DNA of 62,462 bases, filler included, from Circinaria calcarea (GCA_051942165.1; 10 parts of 10 records of this genome joined end to end with filler, not necessarily neighbours in it), one strand, 5' to 3'. Counted from the first letter of the whole stretch, positions 1 through 11,855 are shown. Numbers and translations are program-made. The notes: generated from the sequence alone by a model not told the origin.

Positions 1-1774
1 TAGCTGATCGATGACGATACGGAAGGACCTCGGCGACTTCCGTCCAAAAACCGGACAATGTCGGATTGTTGTGAGCGTTGGCATGAATACGATCAGTGGC
101 AAACCGAGAATGTGACATGTTATGCTCGGCACAGTAGTTAACTCGGAAACGATGCAGCTGAGCGATTTCGTTCGCTGTGAACATACCGCCCTTCTGGGCC
201 AGCTCAGTTAGGGAAGGATTGTAGTTCGCGGGCCGCTGGGACGAACGCGACTTAGATTGCGAGGATGAAGGCACCGAGCCATTTGATTGCGTCGGACGCT
301 CTTCACGCTTCTTTCTTAACTTTACCGTTGAGCTTGAGATTGGGACCTGCACCGTCTGGCTTTGGAGGTCTTCGCTACAAGGAAGGGCGTAATCTTGTGC
401 TTCTTGGTGGTTCTCAACAGGATTATTCTCGTCCGGTGTTTGAATAACGTTGCCATTCATGTGATTCGAAAGCTTCTGCTTGCGCTTTCCGGAAGGGATG
501 CGTCTGAGTTTGCCGGATTTGACATGTTGCGATGTTTCGAAATCATCAGATTCCTGCAATTGATTCTCCATTTGCATTACCGAGTGGCCTTCGTTTCCGA
601 ATCGAGAATGACTCGGTGTCTCATGGACTGCATTAGAAAAGTGCTTGTCAGTCAAATCACAGTTTAGAGACCAAAAATCTTCCGTGACACTTCCAGTAGA
701 CAATGTATGATTTAACTGACCTGTCCTGTCATCATAAAGTGTATCGTCCGTAAATTCTGTAACTCGCTTGCGTTTTTTCTGCTTAACTTTCTTTGCTTTC
801 CTGGCATTTTCAGGATGGCTGGGAAATCGAGATGATTCATTGCCCGAAGCAGGAGCAGAAGGAGCTTCGTCCCCAAGTGCGGCAAGCGCGAGACCCTCTA
901 GATCATCTTCACGTCCTGGAGTCTCATACGTACGTACAGTAGAGGATCTTGGGGACGACATTTCCGTCTGATACTCTTCAAGAAAACCTGAAACCACCTC
1001 GTCATTGCTATCAATGTCGTCGAGGCTCAATGTAGCTGGGGGCAACCCGGCCTGGTCGGCTGATGGCGTAGGAAGACACGAGCCCTCGTTCCCATTCCTG
1101 GATACCGGATGCGCGTCCCTTTCACTGGATTCTTGGACGGTGTCTAGTGTACTTAACCCATCAATTCCTCGCTCCAGTAAACCATCGCTCAACCTCTTCT
1201 TCTTTTTCTTCCTTCTTCCCTTTGGCTTTTCAGACACCCTATCAAGCCTTGGACGTTGAGCACTTGTGATAGGCGAGCTTTCTCTCTGCAATTGGGCAGA
1301 GGCAGCAAAATCATCCTCCTGAGAGCTAGCCAATCCCCGATTCCGTCCACTGTTGCGCAAGTTTACCAAGGCAAAGGCACTTTCCGCTTCCTCATCATCT
1401 CGGTTTTCTAGACTGATTCTCTTTCTCTTTTTGTGCCGGATCTTCTTCGCGCTCAGCTCTGGCTCCTCTCCGTCGCCCTCTTGTCCATGGTCCACGGCCT
1501 CTGTACTTGGCCTTTTTCGCTTTCTATGCTTTTTCGATCGGCGATTATCTGTATTTGGACCATCTAGATCGCCCTCCACTGCACCTTCTGTTAACTCCGT
1601 GCCACTGCTCCCTTTTCCATGTCGCGCCACATCTGCTTGACTTGAATCCTCTGTTGTTGGTTGGGTGTCGGCGTTCACCGAAGTAAATCCGGTGGGCTGC
1701 GACGAGTTTTGACCCATATCCTGAGCCCTTTGCGGAGCTCTATTGCGACGTTGGTTTGGGTCTGAATTCGCCAT
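1..1774 (-). CDS. Reb1/DMTF1-like Myb DNA-binding protein (3' truncated by contig edge)
   Basis: Missing from the ORF track because the frame runs off the edge without a stop. ATG at 1774: MANSDPNQRRNRAPQRAQDMGQNSSQP, then a long K/R-rich low-complexity region, ending GGMFTANEIAQLHRFRVNYCAEHNMS...FWTEVAEVLPYRHRSA, typical of the segment leading into Reb1-type Myb repeats. Possible in-frame intron 628-720. Confidence 0.7.
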   Translation of the reverse strand, partial: MANSDPNQRRNRAPQRAQDMGQNSSQPTGFTSVNADTQPTTEDSSQADVARHGKGSSGTELTEGAVEGDLDGPNTDNRRSKKHRKRKRPSTEAVDHGQEGDGEEPELSAKKIRHKKRKRISLENRDDEEAESAFALVNLRNSGRNRGLASSQEDDFAASAQLQRESSPITSAQRPRLDRVSEKPKGRRKKKKKRLSDGLLERGIDGLSTLDTVQESSERDAHPVSRNGNEGSCLPTPSADQAGLPPATLSLDDIDSNDEVVSGFLEEYQTEMSSPRSSTVRTYETPGREDDLEGLALAALGDEAPSAPASGNESSRFPSHPENARKAKKVKQKKRKRVTEFTDDTLYDDRTGQLNHTLSTGSVTEDFWSLNCDLTDKHFSNAVHETPSHSRFGNEGHSVMQMENQLQESDDFETSQHVKSGKLRRIPSGKRKQKLSNHMNGNVIQTPDENNPVENHQEAQDYALPCSEDLQSQTVQVPISSSTVKLRKKREERPTQSNGSVPSSSQSKSRSSQRPANYNPSLTELAQKGGMFTANEIAQLHRFRVNYCAEHNMSHSRFATDRIHANAHNNPTLSGFWTEVAEVLPYRHRSA

Positions 1775-2218
1775 GGTACATGTCGAGATGCTTGGATCAC
1801 TACCGGGTAAATTCATGCAAGATGAGTCTGGAAGCGAGCTCGTGGGGGTTGGAGATTGGCAAGTGGTACCGTGTCCGGAGGAAGATGTTTAGTGCGCAAC
1901 CGAGGACGCTAAGGATTCAACATTTTTCATAGATGCGTGTAAACACGTGAGACCTCACATGACTAGAAGGTCTAAGATGGGGCTTCTGGTAAATTCGTGG
2001 GATAGCCACCAGCCGAGTAAAGAGGTCAACCAGCTCGCTGCTCTACTGTTTACTGCATTCCGCTGCCAAGTGTCATTTTCACTCGTATGGGATGTGTTTA
2101 CCCTCAATGGCACCTTTTCAGCACTCCATACTCAAATGCATCTTTACGGCGCCATAAACCCAGCCGGTATACACTCCATTTGTATTGCTATTAACCGCTT
2201 CCAGCCAGCTGCTATCAT

Positions 2219-3824
2219 TCACGCCTGGCTCTGACGCGGCTCGAGCAGGAGTCTCCCAACAGGTCCCTCCTTTGCATTGAAACCATCTACACTGGAGAAG
2301 ATCTTTCGGCCTCGTAACCATGTTTCCGTGACGACTCCCCTCAGGCTCTTACCTTGATAAGGCGAGCACTTATTTCTAAAAAGCATGGTGCTATGCTCGA
2401 CCTCAAATATGCCGTCTTCATCGAAAACCGCTATGTCGCCGTCGAAGCCTACCCTCAAGTCCCCTTTTCGATGATCTAACCCGACCTGCTTGGCTGTGTT
2501 TCTGCAGCACCACTTTACGATGTTCTCTATTGTCAGACCTCTTTTTCGACCTTCGGTCCATAGGACGCTCAAGCCTAAGCCAACAGAACTGACCCCGCCC
2601 CACGCCGCAAAGAAGTCACCCTTCTCCCCGTCATGGTCAGACTCGCCGTCGGTCGCAATATTCAGAGGTAGTAGTTTGAGATTTGGCGTACAAGGGGAGT
2701 GATCTGATACCACGGTCTTGATCACGCTATCGTTATCTCGCAGGAGCTCGGACCAAAGGATATCCTGGTTGGCTTGCTGCCGGATTGGTGGGCAGCATTT
2801 GTGCCTGGTATCGCCATTTCTAATGTTTTCAGCGGCAAGGGATAGGTAATGGAAGCAAGTTTCGGCTGTGATTTTGATGCCCGCAACTCTAGCTTCTCTT
2901 AACAGCGGTATCGCTTCGATAGCCGATAAGTGAACGATATGTAACGGTAGCTTCGGGGCTATGGATGCAAGGCATATGATCTCGGCGACAGCGTAAGTTT
3001 CGAATGCTGGCGGACGCGAGGCTAGAAAGGTCCTGTACTCGTTCAAAGGGCCAACAGGTGCAAGAGGCGGCAGCGAGTGCTGCACGAGATCTCCAACCGA
3101 GTCAGATATGGGTGGAATCATCTCGGCGTGAAACATGATGGTCGTAGGCTGATCTGCAAGTTCTTCGAAGGCTTTGGCAATATCGAGGGAAGAAACAGCG
3201 GGAAACTCATCCACCTGGATAACAAACAATCTATCATTAATTTCACCTAGGAGCTCTGGCGAAGAAACTCACCCCACTATCAATCATGAACCCTTTGAAA
3301 CCTCTCACGCCTTCTCTCACCAACGCCTTCAGCTCATTGGTATTACCGGGCACTATTCCCCCATAAAAGCCAACGTCAACCCAGCACTGTCCCTGTGCAG
3401 CGTGTATCTTCTCTTTTAAGCCATTGACGGTTGTGGTCGGCGGAATGGCATTGAGTGGCATGTCAATTACGGTGGTAACTCCTCCGAACGCGGCTGCTCT
3501 TGTACCTGTCCAAAAGCCTTCCCATTCTGTGCGACCTGGCTCGTTAAGATGGACATGGGCGTCGACCAAGCCAGGTAAAAGTATTTTGGGAGAGTAATCG
3601 GTGTATGGGGTTCCAAGGGGAAAGTCAGAGGCAGGCAGGACAGAATGGAAGATGGACGTAATTTTCCCAGTGCGAAGGGAAATAATAATCGTAGCAGCTG
3701 TAAGTCCACCCGCTACCACTGCTCTGGACGATACGAGCACTGTGATGAGGGACACCATAGAAGGGCTTTCTGGTGAGGTTGGAGGGGTCGAAGCGCCACT
3801 GCTGCTCCAATCATACATGGCCAT
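2219..3824 (-). CDS. DAL1: Allantoinase (amidohydrolase family)
   Basis: LPGLVDAHVHLNEPGRTEWEGF, GGVTTVIDMPLNAIPPTT, GFKGFMIDSG, HIVHLS, ETCFHYL, KCCPPIR, VVSDHSPC, WGGVSSVGLG. One intron 3215-3272 (GTGAGT...CCAG) joins the two ORFs as DSG|VDEFP. Confidence 0.95.
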
Positions 3825-4487
3825 GGTGAAGGGTTGGATAGCTATTCTAATAATTTAGTCCGTTGAAGGGTAAATAGCCTTTTATTTCCAAAGAGGAATT
3901 GTTCGCACTATGGGCTATTGTTATCTAATTGCTTGCAGATATGCTGAAGACTCGGAGAAGCTACGCTGTTCTCGTGGAGAGAAAGAACAGCCATAAAGAA
4001 TCCAAGAAACCGGAGGAGGGTAGGAGGGGTCCATAAGCCCCTCGAGATTGAGAACAAACAGAAGAGACGCGAGTTACATTCAACGGGCAGATCGTTCGTG
4101 GCATCGTACGCCAGAGTACGGGGAAGACCGTGCAGCAAGGGGGGTTTCCTTATCGCAGTTCCATCGTATGGAAAGTATCCCAGGAGCCACCACCCTATCA
4201 ATCGACAGCCAGACATCTTATCCAGGTTCTTCTTACTCGATAGCCTCAGCTTAGCTTGTGGGAATATCTGTAGTGCAGTAGGATGGGCCGGGTCAGCAGC
4301 AATGGACTGCACTCTCCGTGTGGAACGATGAACTGAGGTTGAGAGTAGATAAGGGCGCTAAGACTGATAAGCACGATGGGGTATTATCGCGATGGACTAG
4401 GAACCTGCGACTGTAAGATCATCCTGGTATGACCGCAGCTATATTCCCACCGACTAAGGCGACCTGCGTAAAAGAATGCTACCAGCC

Positions 4488-4500
4488 CGGAGCTGTCCGA
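4488..4500. promoter_or_regulatory. CGG-N6-CCG Zn2Cys6 (UaY/Ppr1-type) site upstream of allantoinase
   Basis: CGG-agctgt-CCGA, reading TCGG-N6-CCG on the gene strand, about 665 bp upstream of the ATG. GATAAG at 4348 and 4366. Confidence 0.5.
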
Positions 4501-4513
4501 ACTTGCCATTTAC

Positions 4514-4593
4514 TTATTCGATCATTACTCGATCATTACTCGATATTGTTACTCGATCGTTACTCGATAACCAACTCGGCCGTTACTCGATAG
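4514..4593. repeat. Degenerate 11-bp tandem repeat (TTACTCGATCA, about 7 units)
   Basis: ttattcgatca ttactcgatca ttactcgatattg ttactcgatcg ttactcgataa ccaactcggccg ttactcgatag. Confidence 0.85.
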
Positions 4594-5130
4594 TTTGCTA
4601 AAGCATTACACCATCATTACCCTCGAACATTTCGTTGAGCAGCTTCAGACCGTCGAGCATCGTACGGGCCATGAAGAACTTCGCAGGTCAGAAGACGTCC
4701 AGGCCCGTCTTCATGGTCAGGGTTGAGGCATCTGCATTCAGACCCAACTAGTAGAATAGGCTTGGTTGCATGCTCTGAGCCAACTTACATACAGAGCATT
4801 GACATGAGACAATGCGGTTTTTGTAGTAACGTAGGTGTGCTGGTCAAGTTCGGAGAAATATGAGTCTCTCGTTCCTCCTCGAACTGAACAAATGGGGCGA
4901 ACTTTTGATCAGCGAAGCTGGAGAACGGCGGTGCGGTAGAGAGGAGCAGACGGATGGATACCACAGTCATCTCTGCCGGGATGGCCCTGCGGATATTCTC
5001 GAGGTAGAGAGTACGGATCTTGTAGATATGGATGGCTGACACTGAGTGGTTGGAATGGGCAATTATCGTATTGTTGTTAGTTCGCAACATTAATCTGCAC
5101 TGGTCCCTCGAGATTTCAGGTACAGTTTCA

Positions 5131-6028
5131 TTAAGTTGCCTGTCGGAGCCTTCGTCTTGTTTTGTCTCCCCACTTTTCTAAAGTCTTGACGGTTTGGATA
5201 TTATCTTGATTTGGCTTTTTGTCATCGCCTCCAATTACCCAGGTCTTAATAACCTCCTTAATTTCAATGTGCTTCTTTCCTTTCTCCTTGGCCTCCTTGA
5301 TCCTTCGCAAGTATCCAGCATAGACGACCACCTCCGCTACGCCTACCATACCACTGCCGCCCATGCTCAATCCTAATCGCCTCAGGGTACTCCAACGACT
5401 TGAAGCTATCCATATAGCCACGCTACATGCCACGATGGACACCAGTATATTGATGATCAGTGCCATTTGCCGATTGATATCTGCGTATGTGACCTCATCA
5501 TCTTCCTCAGTTACTGCTCTTTGATTGCTTTCAAAAAGGTTTGTATAAGTCGAGTTTGGAAACCGTTGCGCGAAGGATTGCATTGGTGATGTGGGATTAA
5601 TCATCCGCTCGTAGTTGCGGGCTTCTTCTTCTCTACGAAGCCGAGTCATCAATGCCTTGTACTCAGAACTCTGCTCAATCGCATGGCGTCAGAGACTGAT
5701 TCTGTAAGATTCGCATCATCAGACTTACCGGTTCAGCTTTTGGCTTAGGGGGCTCAACATAAACCTTTGAGCCCCGTAAAAGCTCGTCTAGGTGGCAACT
5801 CATCCCAAGGTCAGGATTAGAACAAGTGGGATCTAATGTAGCCTCATGTGTTTTTCGTAGATGTCTCGAAATAGCAATGACTTGTGCATGGGATATGGGG
5901 TTGCCAACGGCTGGTGCCTCCAGTGAGGGTTCGCCGTCATTCAAGAAGAAGTGAGACAAGTGAACTTCTTCTTGCTGACAGCACCTGACGGCCCTAACCA
6001 TAGCATCTGTCATCGTGAGGAGTACCAT
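5131..6028 (-). CDS. VMA12: V-ATPase ER assembly factor Vma12/Vph2 (TMEM199 family)
   Basis: MVLLTMT...GNPISHAQV...LDELLRGSKVYVEPPKPKAEP|SSEYKALMTRLRREEEARNYERM, then two TM helices (LIINILVSIVAC; GVAEVVVYAGY). Intron 5671-5728 (GTAAGT...GCAG). Confidence 0.88.
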
Positions 6029-6174
6029 ATTGAACACTGAATGTATTGTTCCCTTGTGAATTAATCACGAGTAAGAGCTTGTTAGATATGTTCATCGGCC
6101 ACTCGGGAGCTTTAGCTCCGGAGCAATCGCCGACAGCCTGGTCAAGATCCCTGCAGACGATCATTGTATATGGG

Positions 6175-6274
6175 NNNNNNNNNNNNNNNNNNNNNNNNNN
6201 NNNNNNNNNNNNNNNNNNTTAATTAATTAANNNNNNNNNNNNNNNNNNNNNNNNNNNNNNNNNNNNNNNNNNNN
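6175..6274. other. Artificial contig spacer
   Basis: N44-TTAATTAATTAA-N44; the 12-mer gives stops in all six frames. Confidence 0.99.
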
Positions 6275-7586
6275 GTTGTGCGCCGCGTTGCTGTGCATGT
6301 AGACTCCGCCGTTGAAGATGGCAGTAGCATCCTTGCCAATACCAGAGCTGATCATAGCCTTTCCACCTGGATGGCTCTTGATGAAGTCAGTGACATCATG
6401 GACAACACCTGCAACAGCAATGAGACCGCGGCCGTTCTTCGCCTGGTCTTGGTAGTCGTCCCATTCCATTACAGGAAGAGCTTCAAGAGGAACACCCCAG
6501 TCAAGTCGGGAACGCTTCTGATCGAGCTTCTTCTGCTGTTGCTGAACGCGGCCCTTTTCGATTTCGTTCTGCTTGAACTGTTTGAGGTCGTAGGCGAGGC
6601 CGAGTTGTTTCCAAATCCAGATGGACCATTTGGTAGGATCATACTGGTGCCATTCAATAGCATTGCGGTAGTCGGATGGGAACTCGTGATGGAAGTTGTG
6701 ATATCCTTCGCCGAGGGTGACAAGTGCAGTGATGACATGATCCCGAGGAGAGTTGCGGTCGTCAAATGGTTGGTCACCAAGCCAGTGGGCTAGGGAGTTG
6801 ACACAGAACGTAGCCTGTTGAACGAAGAAGATCCGGAGGATTCCACCGTATACAAATCCACCAAACCAGTCACCCCATCCGAAACCGCAGACAAGCGTTG
6901 GCAAGATCAAGCCCATGAAGAGGACTACCTTCAAATAGTTCTTGTGTTGCCATACTACAACCGGGTCTTCATTCAGGTCCGAGATATCAGTGCGGCCGAT
7001 CCGTTTCGGGTTCTGCTTCATCAACATCCAACCAAAGTGTGAGTAGAGGAGTCCCTTGCGAACAGAGTACGGGTCCTTCTCGGTGTCGGTGTAACGGTGA
7101 TGAGCTCGGTGATCTCTAGCCCACCATCTGACTGACCCTTCTACAGCTCCGCCTCCAGCAGCAGCCAAGAAGATTCGTAGGGGTAGAGTGGCAGAATATG
7201 AAGTATGTGCCCACAGTCGATGATAGCCTGGCTGCTATTAGCCAGAAGCATCGGCTGCAGACGTCTTAGGACATACCAGCTGTGATTCCCAGACCAGTCA
7301 TGAAATAGTAGGCCACCGCCCACGCCGCCGTCTTCCACTGCAGAGGCACCCAGAAAGCCTGGATGCAACCGTACAAAGGGATTCCCACAATGAGAGTGAC
7401 ATTCAGCCAGTTGACATGTTTGTGCCAGTTGGCTTTTGTGATGGGAGTGTCGGTGATGTGCGGCTTCTTGGGGTCGTATGACTTGCTTCGGTTGGGCTCC
7501 GAAGTTTTTGCCATGGGCGAGGGCTGTGATGAGAGGTATTGAGGCTGGATGGCCAAGTGGCCAGCAGCTGGTTGATTCGAAGGCAT
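6275..7586 (-). CDS. OLE1: Delta-9 acyl-CoA desaturase with C-terminal cytochrome b5 domain (3' truncated)
   Basis: His boxes HRLWAH, HRAHH and HNFHH; cytochrome b5 HPGG. Intron 7228-7276 (GTATGT...CCAG) joins GITAG|YHRLW. Start is 7586 or 7514. Confidence 0.96.
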
Positions 7587-8800
7587 GGTGTTGAGTAGTA
7601 CCGATGACACCAAGAGAGGAATAGGAGTGGGATGAAGGAGAAGGAGAAGAAGAGGTGAGGAGAGGAGAGGATTTGTATATGAGTGCGTCAAGGAAGCCTG
7701 TAGGGTGAGGTCGGTGAGAGCAGCGCCGAGAGGTTAAAGTCGATTGAGTGTGTTGGTGCCGGGATTGGAGGGCCCGAGCTGCCAGGGTTGCAGCTCCAAC
7801 CTCGGGGCGATTTCAGCAAAATGGCGCCCATCGCTACTCGATTGTCTGGGGCTCTGCTAGAACCAGAATCCCACTGGGGAAAGTCTGATGAACCGTTGGG
7901 CCCAACAAAACTTATATTGCCCGGGGATTGGTGAGATTCGCGAACCAATCAGACCCTGTGCCTTGGAATGCTCCGTAGGGCTGATGCTCAATTTTCAGGA
8001 ACGCTTTCGTCATAACACATCAGTCCCTGAAGCTTGGCATTCACTGACATTTCGTATCGCAATGGCAAAGGCGGAGGAATACAAAGCGTAGGGCTCGCAA
8101 TCTTCACAGCTATTTTCGATTGGGTACCTTATTTACTGCTCCAAGCCTAAGCTCCACCCCAAATTCCATGGCATCAGTCCGGATGGATCCATACGCGAAA
8201 CCCTACTTCGTACCCGCAGCCATAGACCTTCCCCTCCATTCCCCCAACGCCAAAAACCTAACCCAGGAAGACAGCACTCTTAACATCCAGCTTACAAACC
8301 CGACCTTTTCAACCTCTTCAAAATTAATCGCAAAACCCATGACCATCCAGCCCCAAAAGCTCCCCAGTTCTCTCACTTTCACAAAAATTCTCAAGCCTGA
8401 CATCCTTCCCTGACTTCCCCCCCTCCCTTTCTCTCCCTAGCCCACCCCAAACCAATCCTTAACTCATAGTGCAGGCATCAATATCGAGTAGATTAACCCA
8501 CAGATTGCTGCCCTACACTGTACTACTGCAAAACTGCTGGGGAGTCTAAACTCATATGCCCCAACCATTCTTCTTCTGTGCGCCAAATTCGTCCGAGGAA
8601 CACCGGACCCTACGTACGCAAGCAAGTCCCTTTGGCGAATCACAGCCTCACAGCCTAGGGACGGATGAGGGTTTATGCAGGTGAATCAAGAGGACTGCGC
8701 TTCGATCCGCTGGGGTTTGTGCCATACTTCTTAGAGTTTCGAAACGAGCAGCTGAGGGAGATGCTGGTTATGGACATGTGGTTATGACGAATGCTATCGT

Positions 8801-8932
8801 AACAGATCAACTACCCAAAAGAATTAAACGACAGTGTATACCAAGAACCTTTTCTCCTTTTCGAAACAGATCAACTATCCAAAATAATCAAACGACGGTA
8901 TATACCGAGATTCTTTTTTCTTGTCGAAACAG
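8801..8932. repeat. Diverged tandem duplication (64/63-bp units)
   Basis: aacagatcaactacccaaaagaattaaacgacagtgtatacc... at 8801 recurs as aacagatcaactatccaaaataatcaaacgacggtatatacc... at 8865, just downstream of the permease stop. Confidence 0.85.
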
Positions 8933-8950
8933 TATGCACCGGCCTCTTCG

Positions 8951-10813
8951 CTAAACCGATGCCTTGGTCGGCGTAATCTCCCCATCGATACTCTTCTCAC
9001 CCAGTTCCATGTCCTTTGCCCCAACGCCATCCCTCCCTCCCCGGATCCGATTCCACTCTTCCCTGTCATCCGCATCATCGGCCACATTCGCTGTAAGCTC
9101 AGCCGCCTCATCCTCAATCTCCTCGACCAACACCAGGTTCAAGAAAAGAGCCAGGAAACCCGTGACGGCGAAGCCCGTCTCCATCACTAGTACAATCGCA
9201 TTGAAAAACCCCTGCTTGGCGTTGTTATCTCCCTCATAGGTAAAGACGAATGCGAACCAGTTGGGCACTAATATTGCGCCGATTCCAATCGATAAAGACG
9301 CTGTGAGGATAAATCGGTTCCGACGCGTAAATGGAACGGTGGAAATGATACGGATACCGGAGGCTGCGACGGCACTGAACAAGAAAGTCGTCATTCCGCC
9401 AAGGACGGAACTCGGAATGGAAACTAGGGCAGCAGCGAATTTCGAGAAGATGCCCATGATGATCAAGAAGAAGCAAGCGGCGTACCCGGCTTTACGGTTG
9501 GCGCAGCGTGTCAAAGCGATCACACCGTTGTTCTGTGCAAAAGTTGACATTGGTGTGATTGTGCAGAGACCAGCGAGGAGGCCATTGAAGCCGTCTGCAA
9601 GGACACCGCCCTGAATGCGTGAGTCAAACGTCATTCCCTCAACTTCCAGACGTGACACATCGCAAGTGGCTGTGATATCGCCTATGGCTTCCATCATCAA
9701 GACAATGTAGACAGCTAGTAGCGGTAGGACAATCGGTCCATAGACACTCAATGGAAATGTCTTAACCCATATGAATGATACTGCCGGAGCGGCGTCAATT
9801 CTTGATCGGTCAAAGTAACCAGTCCCAGCTGCAATAATACATCCAACAAATAGGCCGAGCACCACAGCGCATGACTTCATAATCGGACTTCCGAAGCGTT
9901 CGCAGAGTATAATGGTAACGAAGACGGAGAATCCTAAGCCGATGAATTCCGCACTTCCCCAAGGAAGTGCGTGAGGTGCACCGACTTGCGGACACACCGT
10001 GAATGGTCCGGTCGTTGGGCGTGACATACAGAGTCCAGTGCCACCTGCCCAATTTTCAAAGCCTGATGCCACTAAAGACACCCCGATCAGCATGACGGTA
10101 GGTCCTGTGACAAGTGGAGGAAACAATTTCCTCAGATACTTTGGCGAGGTAAATGACAAAAGGATTTCTAAAAGGGCGCAACAACAAGCTGTACCGAGAA
10201 TAGCTCCATAGCCCTGCGGACAGGGTAGTTTGGTACCATCTGCAGCTGTCGGACAGAATCCAGTAGCATACATCTGCGCAAATGCTCCTGTTGCAACAGG
10301 GATAATGGCGAATGATGTACCAACGACGGAGATCAGACCCGTGCCAACATAGTAAGGCGTTTTGTAGATATGGAGTCGAGTAATTTGTATAGACGATAGT
10401 ATCCCACACACAATGAGTGATGTCGACACCAGATATTGCGCATCGTCAGCCGGAAGATTTGCTCCCCCTTGGCCGGCAATGAGAATAGGAGGGCTGATTA
10501 CACCGGCCAACATGGACAGCGCATGTTGAAACCCCAGCAATAGGGCCAGCAGAACAGGCATTTTGTCGTTCAGACCAAAAAACGGGGCTGCTTTCCTTGA
10601 TCTCTGCATGAACGGAAGATTCGGCTTGAATAGAAAGGCATAGTCGTATTGGCCAACCAGACCCTCCCTGGTACCAAAGTTAGAAAGAGCTTGAGTTGAA
10701 CTTGCCCATGATCTTTACCTCGATGTGAATGCTCGACCAAATCCTCTCGCTTTATCAGCGAAACTTCTCTTCGGAGCCATATCGGGACCGATCTGATCCG
10801 GAGAGTCATCCAT
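8951..10813 (-). CDS. Uric acid-xanthine permease, NAT/NCS2 family (UapA/UapC-like)
   Basis: Exon 1 MDDSPDQIGP...FTSR, intron 10668-10718, then EGLVGQYDYAFLFKPNLPF. LGFQHALSM in TM1, EAIGDITATCDVS, and NAT signature FAQNNGVIALTRCANR. Confidence 0.95.
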
Positions 10814-11452
10814 GTTTTGCAAACGTTGACAGTGTCCAGGGGTTGTTTCCGTGATTTCAATGTGCGATACAATTGGATATCGTTTTTGTCTGCCGGTGAC
10901 GTTGGCGTGGTACCAGGTGATTGACGGTGGTCCTAAGAGCTGCTATTTGCTGGTGTCCAGTCCTCAGGCAATACAACCTAATCGAGAAATGTAGTTCGCC
11001 AGTCTTCGGAACAATTTAGAACGTATCGCATTTATAGCTGCTTTAAGTCAAAGTACATGAAAGTTGGGCTCGAAAGCTGGTCAGGAGATCAACAAGGTTC
11101 GGAACGGAAAACGGTGGACTGTAGGTCGTAGAAAACAGAGAGTGGGCTACTGTGTTGGAAAACTCGAGTCTTGCAGCGGCACAAGTCAAGATATATACAA
11201 CAGGTATGCTTAGTTCTTTTCCGCAAGGCGGCGGATTGCTGCCGCCGCCAAGTGACAGGAAAGCTCTGGCCGCGGTCTTGATCCCTATAGATCTCCAGGA
11301 TGCGGGCGGTCATCGCCAAAAGATCCAATTGTGGGACGGCAATCGTCTAGAGGCGTAGATCCGCTGAGATATGGATCTGATCGTGTGCCCCACACGAGAG
11401 AAAATTATGATACGACAGGTGATAAGAGTTTATTCAGGGGAGATTAGCCGAG

Positions 11453-11465
11453 CGGCATTCCCCGA
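11453..11465. promoter_or_regulatory. CGG-N6-CCG Zn2Cys6 (UaY/Ppr1-type) site upstream of the purine permease
   Basis: CGG-cattcc-CCGA, reading TCGG-N6-CCG on the gene strand, 640 bp upstream of the ATG. GATAAG at 11421 and AGATAG immediately after the site. Confidence 0.5.
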
Positions 11466-11855
11466 CAGATAGACAATTTGGCCATTCCACATGTAGCCTA
11501 GTCTCTAATCGACGTTTGAATTCGACATGTCCCTATTAGAACTGCTAAAGGTAGCTCGACTATCTCCAAGGCATAGATGCCTCGAATAGCATCGTGTATG
11601 ATACCCACCCTAAGATCAGGCTTGGAGTGTCTGATCATCGAGACTTAGTGGTGCGCAGTCATTCCACAATTTCCCGCTTTCCCCAAGCAAGGGGGCACTG
11701 TTGAGCTAGGAGTACTCTTAATCAGCAGGGAAGAAATACCTGGAAGGATCAGAAGTAATGGGACGATGAATCTTCTACATTTCCAACCATTTCAAGTATG
11801 GGATCTTAATGGATAACAAGCCCTTGCAAAGTTCCATCAGTTGTCAGGCGCTCTG

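Noticed and set aside
265..1640. Plus-strand ORFs in the track (and similar ones such as 51697-52362 and 44239-44721)
   Set aside because: Antisense shadows of real genes on the opposite strand.
4600..5090. Possible small spliced gene between allantoinase and VMA12
   Set aside because: Splice-like signals exist, but I could not assemble a recognisable protein; the region may be the VMA12 3' UTR.
6219..6230. Regularly spaced TTAATTAATTAA as a biological repeat or CRISPR-like array
   Set aside because: Always centred in N44 pads; it is a six-frame stop linker.
8120..8413. ORFs between OLE1 and the permease
   Set aside because: Low-complexity, no motifs, interrupted frames.
11356..11398. Two small hairpins with CTGAGA resembling a TPP riboswitch
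   Set aside because: Lacks the downstream conserved core (CTTGAT...TAAT...GCG), is on the non-coding strand, and the gene is not thiamine-related.
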